Positions 29,034 through 43,717 of a stretch of DNA of 64,000 nt are shown piece by piece. Origin of the DNA: the human T2T-CHM13v2.0 reference genome, Homo sapiens; assembly GCF_009914755.1 (NCBI RefSeq), contig NC_060932.1, one strand, 5' to 3'. Every line of letters begins with the position of its first letter. Position 1 is the stretch's first letter. A program made the position numbers and the translations under genes. The notes under the pieces are model-generated. The model made no database searches. It saw only the letters and a list, made by a program, of their open reading frames with translations, and was not told the origin of the DNA.

Positions 29034-30835
29034 TAGATTGTCTTGAATTTTCCATACTGACAATCCTCTCATCTACAAATAAGGACAGTATTGTTTCTTC
29101 CATTCTAATTAATATACCTCTTTTTCCCTATTGCAGTAGCTAGAACTGAGAAATTCCAAGCAGAAGCATTGATGGCAGACGTCCTTGTCTTGTTCAAGAC
29201 TTTAAAAGCAATGTGCCTAGAGTTTCAACATTAAGTATGTTTCCTAGAGATTTTTGACAGACATCCTTTATTAAGCCAATAATGCTCTCTTGCAGTCTGT
29301 TTTAAAAGAGCTGTTATTATAAATAAATGGTGAACTTTACTGAATTATTCTGTAACAATTTAAATTATTTTTTCCTCAATCAATCTGCTACTATATATGT
29401 AACACTGGGAAATGTTCTGCTGTAGAACCATCTTTGCACCTCTGAGATAAACTCTACTTGTTTCTGACATAGTTTATTTTATCTCGGGCAGATTTCGATT
29501 TGCTAATATTTCACTTAGTTTTTTTGGGGGGTTTTTGTTTTTGTTTTTGTTTTTTTTTAGTATGCTAAAATCCTAGTCACTGGTGAACTTTTTGGACCAA
29601 GAACCTAGCTAACTGTTTCATACTGGATTTTATTTCCATTTCATGAAACGTTTACCTCACTTTTTAACTCAGAGGTATTTTTTATTTTCCTTCACATGTT
29701 TTCTGTTACTGCCTAAGTCTTTTTGCTGGCAAGGACAAATCAAAGCCTGACCTTACTTAGCTATCTTGGTTAGAATTCAAGGCCAATTCCTTTTCAATAA
29801 TTCCATCCTCAACATCTCTCCTGTTTTCATACTTTCACCTAAACTCAGTACTTATTACCTTACATGGGACAGTGTATATTAAAGGTCCTAGTAAAATACC
29901 TGGAATATAATAGTGATTCAATCCAATTAACAAACTGATATATGTTCAATAAACTAGTCAAATTTTCAAAATCAACTTTTTTCAAGGACAAAGAATTTGG
30001 AAATGTTATATATCTAAGGAATTTATGAGGCTATATCTAATAAATTCTTCACCAGATACTCAATTCTTCTACATGCTGGACTTTCTAAATATCTTCTCTG
30101 CCTGGTTCAGAAATGCATTACATGCCACTGCACATGCAGGAGGCAGCTGTGGGGGCCACCCCGGCATGGATGCCAGTGGCCACAGCAGACACCTATCTGC
30201 CCACTCAGAATAGGTTCCAAGTCGCATTTGGCCAGGAACTAAATCCCACACTCAACCTTGAGGAGAATTTGTCAGTGGGAACCATGCGTGCTGGGTGTGG
30301 GGAGGGTGGTACATGCATGTGATTGTGTGCATATACACATTTTTTCTAATTCAACTTCTATTTCAGCCACTTTATGTATCTCCATTTTTTAAAAAAAACA
30401 GCATGAACCTTGGAAACCACATCTACTTTAAAAGACTTTTCTTAACTATGACATTTTGTAATTAATTTGAATTTTAAATTTTCCTTTAAAACTGTGACCT
30501 CCACCTTAATGAGATGGCTCTTGCCTGAGTCTCTCATCTTCCTATGCCTCTAATATTTCATAATGAATGTAACTCATAAGCTTCTTACAGTGTCCCATGG
30601 GCCAGGCTGTGAAACTACTTGCTCTGTCATTTTATAAACTCTATAACCTTGGGCAAGTTACTTAATATCTATGAGCCTCAGTTTTCTAACCAAAAAAAAA
30701 AAAAAAAGGCAGGGAAAAGAGCACTTATTTTCCAATATGATTTTAATAACTAAATGTGAAAAAGTATGTGAAAGTACCTGTTACCCACGCACTCAATAAA
30801 GATTCATTTCCTTCTGTCAACATTTCTATTCAAAC

Positions 30836-30881
30836 TATTGGCTTGGTGCAAAAGTAACTGCAGTTTTTGCCACTAAAAGTA
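30836..30881. mobile_element. MADE1/Hsmar1 terminal inverted repeat fragment
   Basis: tattggcttggtgcaaaagtaactgcagtttttgcca matches the mariner TIR ttaggttggtgcaaaagtaattgcggtttttgcc. Confidence 0.75.
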
Positions 30882-33074
30882 GCAGCATCTTCTTTTCTTT
30901 CTACATTATTGCCTCCTCTCATTTTCCAGTTTCATATTTTACTCTACCCTACAACATTGAACAGCCAAATACCCACTTTGTTGTTCCTGCCTTTTCCTGG
31001 TTTTCTTAGACTATTTCTGCCTTCTTAGAACGCACACGTTAGCGTGAACCAATGCAGGAAATCCAGGAAAGCCTAAGTGCTGCCATTGGCAAGAACCTCT
31101 TTCGATGTCTGGATCTCTCCTCTGGGTCAACCCTAATGCCATGAATCTCTAAGATAGATTTAAGTGAATTCCTTTGTTGAGTGAGGGCAGCACAAACGCT
31201 CCTAGCACACAGGCAGAACTTCACAACTCACGAACGTCTCAATTCCGCAGGTGAGGCCTTGTTCCCGGCATGAAGACTCAGGTGCGGTGGCCGGCACTGG
31301 AAAGGTGAGCTGGCCGTGTCAGACAAGAAGTCCTGTTTCAATGCCTTTCTCATAAGTAGCCATAATATTTATTATACATGGATAACTTCAGCGCAAGAAG
31401 ATGAGAAATCAAAGCCTAAATCAGAACTTAGCAACATGATTACAGTTATGTTTCAGTGAACATCACTCTGGCTTCAATGAGCATAATGACAGTGATAGAC
31501 AGTGGTAGACAGACACAGCTTAATCAGTGTTCAATTAATAACACTTCACGGTTTTAAAAGCATTTTCGTATGGATTACTTTACTTGATTCTCAAAATAAG
31601 CCACAGAGAGTTAATTTACAGATGACACTGGAGCCGAAGTAGAGACCTCAGCAAAGCAACACGGCGGCGGCTCAGGACAAGCACATGGAGCCTGTGACCA
31701 GACCCGGCAGGTCTAAGGCGTTGCCACCTCGTGCCAGGCACACGGAGGTGCTGGGCTTCTCCCTGGAACTCAGTGGTGGGGGAAGGCAGCCATGCACTTA
31801 TTCTCCTGCTCGAGAAACACTTCCTGAGATCCCACTGTGTGCCAGGCACTGGCTCTGGCCCCGGGGGCACAGCAGTGAAGCAGACACACCCTAGCCTCCT
31901 GGAGCCTGTGCTCCGTGCTCCCTTGTCACGCACACGGGAAGCCCCCACCGAGTAGGACATGAGGCCCAGGGCTAGGGAAGTGTGCAGGGAGGAGGGACAG
32001 CCCTCAGACAGCCAGAGGGAGTCAGATGTATCCTGAACATTTTGTATGTAAACACCCAGATCATTTTAATAAAAAATGATGCTCTCGGTCGTTATTCCAC
32101 ATTTTCAGAGCTAATTTCCATTCATCATTCATTCACGGGAGTAAACCACATTTCACCTGACTTTCACACCCACATTCTAGACTCGGCTTAGTTAGCTTAG
32201 TTACACTAAACTCTTTTTCATGCCAAGTTTTCCATTGTCAGAGAAAAGAAAATTCCCAGTGTCCTTCATGGACTCACTATATGCAAAGAAACTTCAGAGC
32301 TGTCCATTTATCATCTCATCCTCACTGTCCAGAGTCATTTTAATGTGCCACAAGGCCATAAATAGTCCACATTGAAGCTCAGGGCACCAAGAACCCCTTT
32401 GGCTACATGCCAACATCCCACAGTCCCAACACATCTCAGTGAAAGCTTCATGTCCCCACTCACCCTGACCCTATGAGCTTCCCCCCAGAAAGCTTTCCTT
32501 TCCGGTATGCCTTCCAGCTACCTTGCTCCAGATGAGAGAAAATACCAAGCAATTCATTTAGAGACTCATATCCTACCTTAAAACAGAAGGCATAAAAAAC
32601 ATTTTGGGGACTAGTAAGCTCATAGTTTTCAGCACAACAAGAATGATATAATGAACAACTTGGATAGAGTTATTCTCATTCTTGGGTTCAGTTTTTCTAT
32701 TTGTTGTTGTAATCTGTTCATACTTTATTGGGATTGCAAATTGTTAATTTACAGCCATTATTTATAGCCATGTTCTATTGATGATGCTTCCTGAAGAAGC
32801 TAATGCATTTGGGGGTGGGTTTCTTCTTATGTTCACTGTCTTTAAAACAAAAAAGAGCACAAGGCTTTTACATTTCAGTGTGTGCTTTGCTGGGCTAAAC
32901 CAGTTTGTCCTGTGGCGCTAATACATAAGAAAAAGCTTTCCAGGTGGCAGGACAAGCATCCGCGTGCCCCTGCAGGCATCTGAGATGTCACCCTCTGATC
33001 TCGTTCCATTGCTCTGGTCTACCTGCAGACAAGGACTAATGAGTCCCAACAGCAGCATGGTCAGCACGGGCCTA

Positions 33075-33464
<390 letters not shown>

Positions 33465-33995
33465 AGAATATTATTCCCTGCGATTAGTGACGGCTTCAAT
33501 TCCTCATTTGTGAAATGGGGATAAAATCTCTACCACATGGGGCTGCTGTCTGACTCGAATGTACGTGAGTCATCATCCACGGTTCCAGGCAAATATTTAC
33601 TAATCCCCTTCTCATCTCCTTGAAAGGTCTGCTCGCCTTGACGCAGCACATGAAGTACGAGTGCGAGCCCAGTGGAGCCTACGTGAGGTGGCTCTCTGTA
33701 TATCATGCATACATACATGCATGTACGTATGTCTAGGTGTTATGTAAAACACTATTTAAATCCCATAAGATTCAAGACTTGGTAAGAGGAGGAACCAGGA
33801 GACCTACTCAGCCAGAACAGAGCTCAAACATTTGTAGCCTCCATCCAATAGCAAGGACATAGAGGCAGTCCATCTCTGATGAGAGATGTGTGTCACATGA
33901 TGACAGTGGCAGTGGTTATAATGATGGTGATCAGGTCTTAAGGGCTTAGCATGTACCAGGCACTGTGGCCAAGTTCTCTACTATTATCTTATTTA

Positions 33996-34296
<301 letters not shown>

Positions 34297-35181
34297 TCAT
34301 TTAATCATTGAACCTCATGTGTACGTATTATTATCCTCATTTTGTAGATGAGGAAACTGAAGCCCAAGAGTTGGTTGGGATGGATACTAAATAGACTAAA
34401 GGATTCATCCAAAGGGGCACTGATAGTAGCAGGCAGGAGCTGGAACCAGAGAGGAGATGAGATCATCCACGCAGGGAAAGGAAGGTGTAAAGATCACATG
34501 GGTGACAACCAGACCCTGGGCAGCACCCACATCCCAGGGGCCTGGGGAGAAGATGAACCTAGGAAGAAATCGGATGAGCACAGCTTCAAGGGTCCGGGGA
34601 CCCAGAGGCAAGAGGAGGAAGACCCTCAACGCAGCCTCCAGGCTCGGCCACCCCCCTCTGTCACCGTGTCTTGCAGCTTGTTTTTGTTTTTCCTCAGTGA
34701 CTTCAAATAAGGACAAAAGAAGTATGTTTGTTTCAATGCTGTGGACACCACAGGTCTGTAGGGAACGCTATCCTGAAAGACAGCAGAGCTGAAATTATAA
34801 ACGACTTCTACTGGCTGATACACAGAACCAAAACCAGCAAGATGACATTTAGCTAACAGAGACTCGTCTAGCTCCCACATTTAGGTTCAAAAAAATCAGC
34901 TGCACCGGAACAGAAATGGGGAAGTGGAGATTGACAGCAGGGGAGGGGATAAAGAACGAGGGAAGGTATCTGACACCCCTACTTCTCCTCAAGGGGGGCC
35001 AGGAGCACAACTCAGCGCTGGTGGGGAGCACAGCCTCAGGTGGCATCAGCATCAAAGCTGCCCCTAGGCAGCAGCTGTAATCTCAGGCCTCCGGGCTCAG
35101 ACTCACAGCAGGCCTGGGGTTCCGTCCCATGGTGACTCTGACCCTGCTGAGCTTCCCTATGGGACATCCTTCCTCCCGCTC

Positions 35182-35558
35182 TGTATTAGACTGGGAGGGC
35201 TGCTGTGATAAAGGCTGCAAACCCAGCAGTGGAAGCAACACAGATTCCTTGCCTTGTAGCTTTGGGGACCAGAAGGCTCAGATCAAGACATCGGCAGGAT
35301 TGGCTCCTCAGAGGCCTCTCTCCTTGGCTTGCAGACGGCATCTTCAGGCTCCCATGTGCCCTCCCTGTACGTGAGCCTGCCTCCAAATGTCCCCTTTCTA
35401 TGAGGACACCAGGCACATTGGACTAGGGCCCACCCTAGTAACCTCATTTTACCTGGATGACTTCTGTAAAGACTCTCCATGTAAGATCACATTCTGAGGT
35501 GCTGAGGGTTAAGAGTTCAACACAGGAATGCGGTGGGAATGTCATTCAACCCATAATA
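35182..35558 (-). mobile_element. MLT1A-like LTR
   Basis: tgtattagactgggagggctgctg...ggacaccaggcacattggactagggcccacccta...cattcaacccataata. Confidence 0.8.
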
Positions 35559-36094
35559 CTCTTTCAGTTCCTGTGACCCAGAAGGTCCGTCATCAGCTAA
35601 CTGCTCTCCTCACCTGACATTCTAGTGATCTCCACCCCACAATGACAGCAATATCTGTCTTCATGCCAATGACACTCAAATCTTTACCACAACCCTAGTT
35701 CTCTCTCCTACTTCTAGATGTGATGTCAACTGCCTGCTCAGCACCTCAGCCTCGACACACCCCACACTGCTCTGGCATTCACTTTTGCCCTGGGAAAAGA
35801 GCCATATTCCATGGAGGCTAAGACCACGCACTGGGGAGCCGGAATGGCTGCAATTCTGCTCTCCTTGCTTCCCAGCTCTATGACCTTGGGCTGGTTATTT
35901 CCCATTTCCTCGCCTAGTTATGTGGACTGATAGGCTCCCTATAAAGAGTAGTTAACACACATAAAAGGATTAGAAAAAAGCCTCGGACAGCATAGTGTCT
36001 AATACATGTTGACTATTCATTAAGTTAACTATGTGCATGAAGCCATTCTCCCAGGAACTTAAGCTTTAAAAAAAAAAAAAAAAAAAAAAAGTGA

Positions 36095-36890
<796 letters not shown>

Positions 36891-36949
36891 ATGAGACTTT
36901 GGTTCTGTTTCCTGCTGATTTGTATCATGAAAGGATACCCTCAGTCTCT

Positions 36950-38910
36950 TGCCTGCAAATCCATTCTCCCCACAGCTCCTAATGTGATCTTCCTAAAATG
37001 CAAAGCTCATGATGTCACAGCTTTTTCCTCAGACTACAGGACACTGTCCAAGCACAGGCCCCTCCTCATTTCTCACCAGTTTTGCTTTGCCCTTTGACTT
37101 CTGGCAACAAATTGATTAAGATTTCCTAACATACGCTGCTACTTCTTCCCTCCATGATTTGTTCTTTCTGTCCCTTCTGCTTGGAATGCAATTGCTATGA
37201 CCATTCATTTGCCCCTATCATTCTTTTTAAATTGCATGATTTCATCTTAGAAAACTTCCCTAAATGCAATGTAGGTAAGCTTCCTTTCTCCTATGCTATC
37301 AACACTCTGTGCACATGTGTATCATTACAATTACCATACTATATTCTAATGTTATGTTTATGGCTCTGTCTTTCTCCATAGACAATCAATTCGTTAAAGG
37401 CATTGTCTCTGCCTTATTGACCTTTGTTTCACAGCATTTAACACAGCACCTGCGTATAGTATATTACATATGGCATTGTTGAATGAATGAATGAATAAAT
37501 GAATGACTCATCAAATCAATCCTTCACTTGACCAGCACAGTGATTTTTCTAAAGTGCAAATTTGATTATAACATTCAATTGCTAAAAACCTTTCAATAGC
37601 CGCAGATACATTTCAGGATCAAGTCCAAATTTCTTCACAGGGTATCAAAGATTCTCCAGGATCTGCCCTGAGCCCACCTCTCTCCATTCGCATCTTTTGT
37701 AACATACCCCATGCTCTAACTGGCACCCAGAGCTCATTCAAGCCTTCTACGTTTGCTTATGTGACACCGTCTGCCTCAGAGTGCCTTGAACACCCTTCCC
37801 TACTATTTACCTGGAAACCACCCAATCATTTTCTCAAGAGTCAGCTCAAACATCACCTTTGAGCTCTAGATTTGTTTATACAGCTGTCGACTTTGCTTGG
37901 ATGTTTTAAAGGCACCCTAAACTCGCCAGATCTAGGACTAAACTCATGATCGCCTCTACCTTACCTCTGCCAATAAAAAGAGAACACCTTTCCTTTCCCA
38001 CGTGCCCTAGCTCAAGCACGATTCCACTCCCCATCCAACGCCCAGGCCAGAAATCTGTGAGCCATTACTGATTTCATCACCTCTCTCCATGTCCTTTTCT
38101 TCTTCCCAAGTGTCTCTGAAATCCACCCATTTCTCTCTGGCTCCACATCCACTTTATTCCAAGTTATCACCATGTTTTCCCTCATCTTGTACAACAGTCT
38201 CTTCACTGACCCCCTCCGCCTCCACACTGGCCTCCCCATCCAGCAGCTGGGGTGCAAATCTCATTGTCTTGCTCCTCCTCAAGCGCAGTCCTGAAAAGGC
38301 TCCCGTTGCTCTGATGATCAATAATACCCAACCCCACTGTGGCCTCTAAAACTGTGTGTTCAATTCTTCCCCCACCACTGCTCCCACCTCCTAGCCCTCT
38401 GCCACCTCTGCTTTGAGCATTCTCCCTCTCTTCCTTTCAACTCACTAACGATTACTCATCCTTCTGATCTCAGCTTGCACTTCATCTCCCCAGAAAAACC
38501 TGGTCTTACACCCTTGTCTAGGCCTGCCTATGAAATCACATCCCTTTTCTTCACAGCTTTTATCTCAGTTTGAAGTAATATCCTCATTTGAATTAAATTA
38601 CTATGTCTACAGACTATAAACCCATGGAAGAAGGCACCATGTCATCATGTCCCTATTGTCCAGCACATGGCTGGCACAGAGAAGGCACTCAATAAAGTAT
38701 TTGTTAAGCAAAATCTTTATCACTGTAACTCTCGAGTAGGAATGGCCAGTTCCCTCCTGCGGGCTCCACTGTGCCTTGTCAGTATCCTAGCATACCATGT
38801 AGGGCATCCTGTTAGAATCCTCTGTTGAGTATCTTCTCCTACTGGACTGTGAGTTTCACCCGGACAGGCTTCTTAGTGGCCATCCCTGGCACTCAGCCGA
38901 GGCTCAATAA
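36950..38910 (+). mobile_element. Cluster of L2 fragments
   Basis: Repeated L2 3' motifs (ttgttgaatgaatgaatg; tcagctcaaacatcacc; ggcactcaataaagtatttgtt; ctggactgtgagttt). Confidence 0.65.
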
Positions 38911-40761
38911 ATATCTCACGACTGGAAGGCGTATTCAAGGGATGGGTGGATTCTGGGGGCTACAAGTTAAAACGACAAAAGGTTTCATTGGTAAATACCA
39001 TAAAAGGGGTGAGGAGATCACAATGGGTTTCTCCACCGGGGCCATTTGACTCAAAGACAGAGAGGCTTAGGAGAGAAGGACTCCAGACTCCCTCGCCTCA
39101 GGATTAGGAGCTGCTAAGGCCGACTTGGTGAGGCTCCAAAGGCAGGGACCAGGACCCATGAGTGGAAGCTGCGGGTGGTAGCTACGGGAAAAAGCGTGTG
39201 CTCCCACCACTGGCTGTTACCAAGCAGGACGCCACAGCCACCACACAGCCCTGCCTTTGCTACAGCTTCAACTAGATTCCTGATGTTCAAGAGTGTTCGT
39301 TGAACACCTGTTACATGAAAGCCGGGAACAAGGGAAAGAGATGCAGAGAAGATCCATGTTACAACGGAGGGGAGCTCGCAGATGATCACACAGGCGATCA
39401 TGCAGGCTGCCTCCAACCCTCGGGCTCTAAGAAATCTCTTTAATAAATTAAAAGGACAATCTCGTTTGTTTTAATACGTAACCCTTCAGCCAAAAAAGAT
39501 ACATTTCTTTGGGTCTATTGACATGGGACCCCCTGGCTGTCCATCAATGTCCAAAAAAGCAGGATAGCTAAACCAATTGAATGTATAATTTGATTTTTGC
39601 AACAGTTGCCAAATGGATTGGCAATGCCTCATGGGAAAGGGGTTATGTTCTAACAAAACAAAGATATCATCTCTCTTTTTCAAAGACACTTGCAAACCTT
39701 TAAAATAACTTATCTGAGAGCCACTACTGACGATCAAGGGTATAACTTGCTTGGGGAGGCATAACAGTCAATACACTTGCTTATGGCCCACAAGGAACAC
39801 ATGGAGGGGAAGGGAGTGGTGAGGTTTGGAACTGGGGGGCCCGAGCTCCCTCCAGTCATGTTAGCTGTATAATTGAGGACAGTCTTCTTGACCTCTCTGA
39901 GCCTCAGCTCACTCCTTGCTAAATGAAGGGGTAACATTCGATGCAGACAGCTGGGTGAATCAGAAGAGAACCACCACAACACCAGGCTACCATCCGCATG
40001 CTCAACACCTCCCGCCACCACCTGCTTCGTGTAGCCTATGATCCCCTGAAGAAAATGATAAACACACAGACATCTGGCAGCACCAACCTGGGAGCAAGGT
40101 GACGGAAGCATTCAATGCAACCTGGACATTCACTAGTTATGTAACTTCAGTGCAATCATTTAACATCTTAAAGCCTCAGTTTCTGCTCTGAAAAGTGAAA
40201 ATAATGATAATGCTCCCACACGGGGATCCTGCGAGGCTCAAATGAAAAATGGATACAAAAGTACTCTGTGAAACTTGGGTTATTATCACTGCAAGTAGAA
40301 ATACTAACAAATTATTTTTTAATTACATATTTATTTTCCTTCTTCTATCATACAAGAGAAAGACCACATGATTCCTGAAAGAAATCTGGCCATAGCCTGT
40401 CTCTGCAGCGGGAGCCTCGGAGTTCTGTAATATTCGAATGGAACTGCTGAAGCAGTGGAGCTCCAGCCCTGCTTCCTCCATGACCTCTGCAGAAACAGAA
40501 GATGCAGCCTCAGGCTCAGAGAGATGAAGAAAAATCGTCTGTTTCTAAGTTACAACCATGAAGAAAAGAGTACCGCCACTGATACAATATGAGGGCTGTC
40601 AGAGGAGCTGTGGAATGGAGATATTGCAGAGAAGATGCTAAAATAAAAAGGTGTGAAAGCAGACAGAATGACAAAAATTTAATGCAAGAAGGGGAGAGCT
40701 TCAAAAAAGCAGAGGCCCAAATAAAATGAGCAGAAAGCTATTGTGCTGCAGGAAACATTGG

Positions 40762-41200
40762 AAAAGCCTCCCTTTCCATTCAAAAGCCTCCCTTTCCATT
40801 CAAAAGCCTCCCTTTTCCATTCAAAAGCCTCCCTTTCCATTCAAAAGCCTCCCTTTCCATTCAAAAGCCTCCCTTTTCCATTCAGAAGCCTCCCTTTTCC
40901 ATTCAGAAGCCTCCCTTTCCATTCAGAAGCCTCCCTTTTCCATTCAGAAGCCTCCCTTTTCCATTCAAAAGCCTCCCTTTCCATTCAAAAGCCTCCCTTT
41001 TCCATTCAGAAGCCTCCCTTTCCATTCAGAAGCCTCCCTTTTCCATTCAGAAGCCTCCCTTTTCCATTCAAAAGCCTCCCTTTCCATTCAAAAGCCTCCC
41101 TTTTCCATTCAAAAGCCTCCCTTTTCCATTCAAAAGCCTCCCTTTCCATTCAAAAGCCTCCCTTTCCATTCAAAAGCCTCCCTTTTCCATTCAAAAGCCT
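40762..41200. repeat. 20/21-bp minisatellite (ARAAGCCTCCCTTT(T)CCATTC) x 21 plus a partial unit
   Basis: Directly visible; 21 full units counted. Confidence 0.98.
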
Positions 41201-41519
41201 TCCTTCTCTTCTTTCTGTGGACCAGGTGGAGGGGAGGGAGGAGAAGGGAGGGAGGAACCAATCCACCCTCAACGAATGACGAAATGAGTGCAGGGGTCTG
41301 GGAAGATTCAGGAGCAGAACAATGAGATTCCATGTAACACCATGAGAGATGCTAAGCAAGGGGACTGTCGTCCAATCTGGGGCTAAGAATGCAATTAAAA
41401 TAAAAATCCAACTCATTTTCAATGAGTGAAACTCTCAGATACCAATTCTGTGTTCGATCATACATTTTCTTTTTCACTAAATTCAGTAATCTTTCTTTAA
41501 AAAAAAAAAGGAGGGGGTT

Positions 41520-41955
41520 CTTTTTCTAAGACTAATGCATTTTCACTGTCAAAACATTAGGAAACAGTGAAAAGCAAAAAGAAGAAAAATTGCCTATAAT
41601 CCCAAAACACAGAAATAACCCTTGTTAACATCTTGGTGTATATTCTTCTAGACATTTTTCTGTGCACATATATATAAATGCATATTTTTATAAGAACAGG
41701 ATCATATCATTCACACTGTTTTATAACTTGCCTTTTATTTCTTAAGTCATAGGTATTTTTCTATGTTAATAGTCTTTCTAGACCTTTATTTTTAATGGTC
41801 ATATGTCATAATTTCATTCCCTGTTGTTGGACATTTATGTTGCTTCTGATAACCCTGGTATTATAAATAATGCTATAACAGATAACCTAATATATACATC
41901 TTGGTGCATTCATCCATTTTTTTCTTCGACATGAAATTGTTAGTCAAAAGGTTTG
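41520..41955 (-). mobile_element. L1ME-like 3' end
   Basis: cctataatccca...ttgttaacatcttggtgtatattcttctagac...cctgttgttggacattta. Confidence 0.65.
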
Positions 41956-41959
41956 TATA

Positions 41960-42407
41960 TGATAGTAGACCAAGTAACAGCCCCCCCTCAAATATAGCCA
42001 CATCCCAATCCCAAGAACCTGTGAAATGTGACCTTACATACAGAAGGGACTGCAGATGTGGTTAAGATGAAGATTCTGAGATGAGGGGATTATCCTGGCT
42101 TATCCTAGTAGGCTCTCAATATAATCACAAGGGTCCTTATTAGGGAAAGAAGGAAGCAGGAATGTCAGAGGAAACTGAATGTGCAACACTGCAAGCTCTG
42201 GAGGCAGAGGAAGGAGCCACAAGCCAAGAGATGCAGGCAGCCTGCAGAAGCCAGGAGGGCAGGGAGACAGACTCTCCCCAAGAGTGCTGGGAGTGAAGGC
42301 GTTTCACCTACTGAGGCCTCTGGCCTCCAAAACTGCAAGATAACAAATTTGTGTTGTTTTAAGCCACTGAGTTTATAGTATCTCTTACAGCAGCAATAAG
42401 AACTACA
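41960..42407 (+). mobile_element. MLT1C/D-like LTR
   Basis: cacatcccaatcccaagaacctgtgaa...gattatcctgg...tgttgttttaagccact...cagcaataagaactaca. Confidence 0.8.
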
Positions 42408-43717
42408 TATATGTTTAATAAATTTAAATGTTTATTTTAAAATTATGTTACTTCTAAAGTAAACGATATTTGATAAATCACTACAACCTTCCCATTCTAG
42501 TCCTGCAAGCTGAGCAGCATCTGTGCTCCGGAGCCACCCAGACTCCCCTGCTGTGGACAGTGGGCAGGCTGTCCCCAGAATGGAAGTAACATTGTCTTGA
42601 GCATCTACTATATGCCAAACACTACCCTGGATTCATATCATCTCTTCCCCTAAAGTTGGAAACAAGAACTTATTTGACACGATTTTACAACTTAACAAAT
42701 GAGAGCTCAAGAATGTCAAGTGACTTCCCTTAGATGCATGTATGTATTCATCCATCATCCATCAGCTACTGGAAGAACACCTATGAACATCCAGACGCTG
42801 AAGTGTAGGCACTGAAGTTGCAGCATGTGTAAGACAGAGTCTCTGCCCTTGGCGGAAGTTCCCTGCCAGGGACGGACCCGGGAAGTGGAGAGCCAGGCTG
42901 GGTGCCTAAGTCCTGCTGCCCACAACACAGTAACCTCCCCCGCCCGCCGCCGCCAAGCCTGCAAGTCTCTTCCTCTGCCTTTTTCTTTTGTTCTTAATAC
43001 CTAATACCTAAAATTCCACTTCAGAAAATTTAGATTTAAAATGCCTAAATCTATTACCACATTTACTATCACCCCTACCAGAATGCAGGCTCTACGGAAT
43101 CAGGAATCTTTCTTTCTTCCAGTCATGGATTTATCCCACACACTGAGAATAGTGCCTTGCACAGAGCAGGCCCTCAGGAGGTAATTGTTGAATTATTGAC
43201 CACCGCCCATGCAATTTCCCCTGTATCCCACTGCTCTCCAATTCCTTAGACATCTGCCGATGTCTCCTCTGCAAAGGTCTGCCACCTACCTACCTCCAAA
43301 TCATGTCCACAAATACAGCACATTAGGCAAGGAAGAAAGAGAGTACTGCATTTTAAATAAAGCAATATTTCATAGATAATGCCAGAATGTCTTCTGAATC
43401 TCATCCAAATCATTTAGCTAAAGTAAGGAAGGAAGTCAAGTCTCTCTGCAAATCCAAAGAAAATCGAGCATTACATGTAAAAGAGGAGCAAAAAAAACCC
43501 AAATCAAATTCTCAATCCTATTTCTGAAACAGGCCTTGTGTAAGGTGCCCACAGTGGTGCAAAGCACTGTTTCATGAGAAAGGGCAGCCCTGTGTGGCCA
43601 AACAGATGAACTGCAATGTTCCACATCGCCTGCCACCGCATCGACCACGTTCCTCTTCCTCACGCCGCCAGGGAAAATAGTCTGCGGCCCCTGTTTTAGA
43701 AGTTCCTGCCCTATTTA

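Noticed and set aside
29520-29700. Poly-T/(TTTTTG)n run followed by unique sequence as a possible retrocopy tail
   Set aside because: No properly spaced polyA signal, no TSD and no recognisable mRNA.
31232-31332. Exon-like segment with splice signals on both strands
   Set aside because: The minus-strand acceptor lacks a pyrimidine tract, the plus-strand alternative (31251-31304) is equally plausible, and no peptide is recognisable.
33707-33731. Near-palindrome catacatacatgcatgtacgtatg
   Set aside because: Low-complexity alternating purine-pyrimidine sequence; such short palindromes arise readily.
40320-40490. Minus-strand acceptor followed by a ~53-codon open frame (VMEEAGLELH...)
   Set aside because: No convincing donor and no recognisable protein; consistent with chance.
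40726-41325. Longest ORFs in the window (199 and 178 aa)
   Set aside because: Products of a stop-free minisatellite, cycling through all three frames of the unit.
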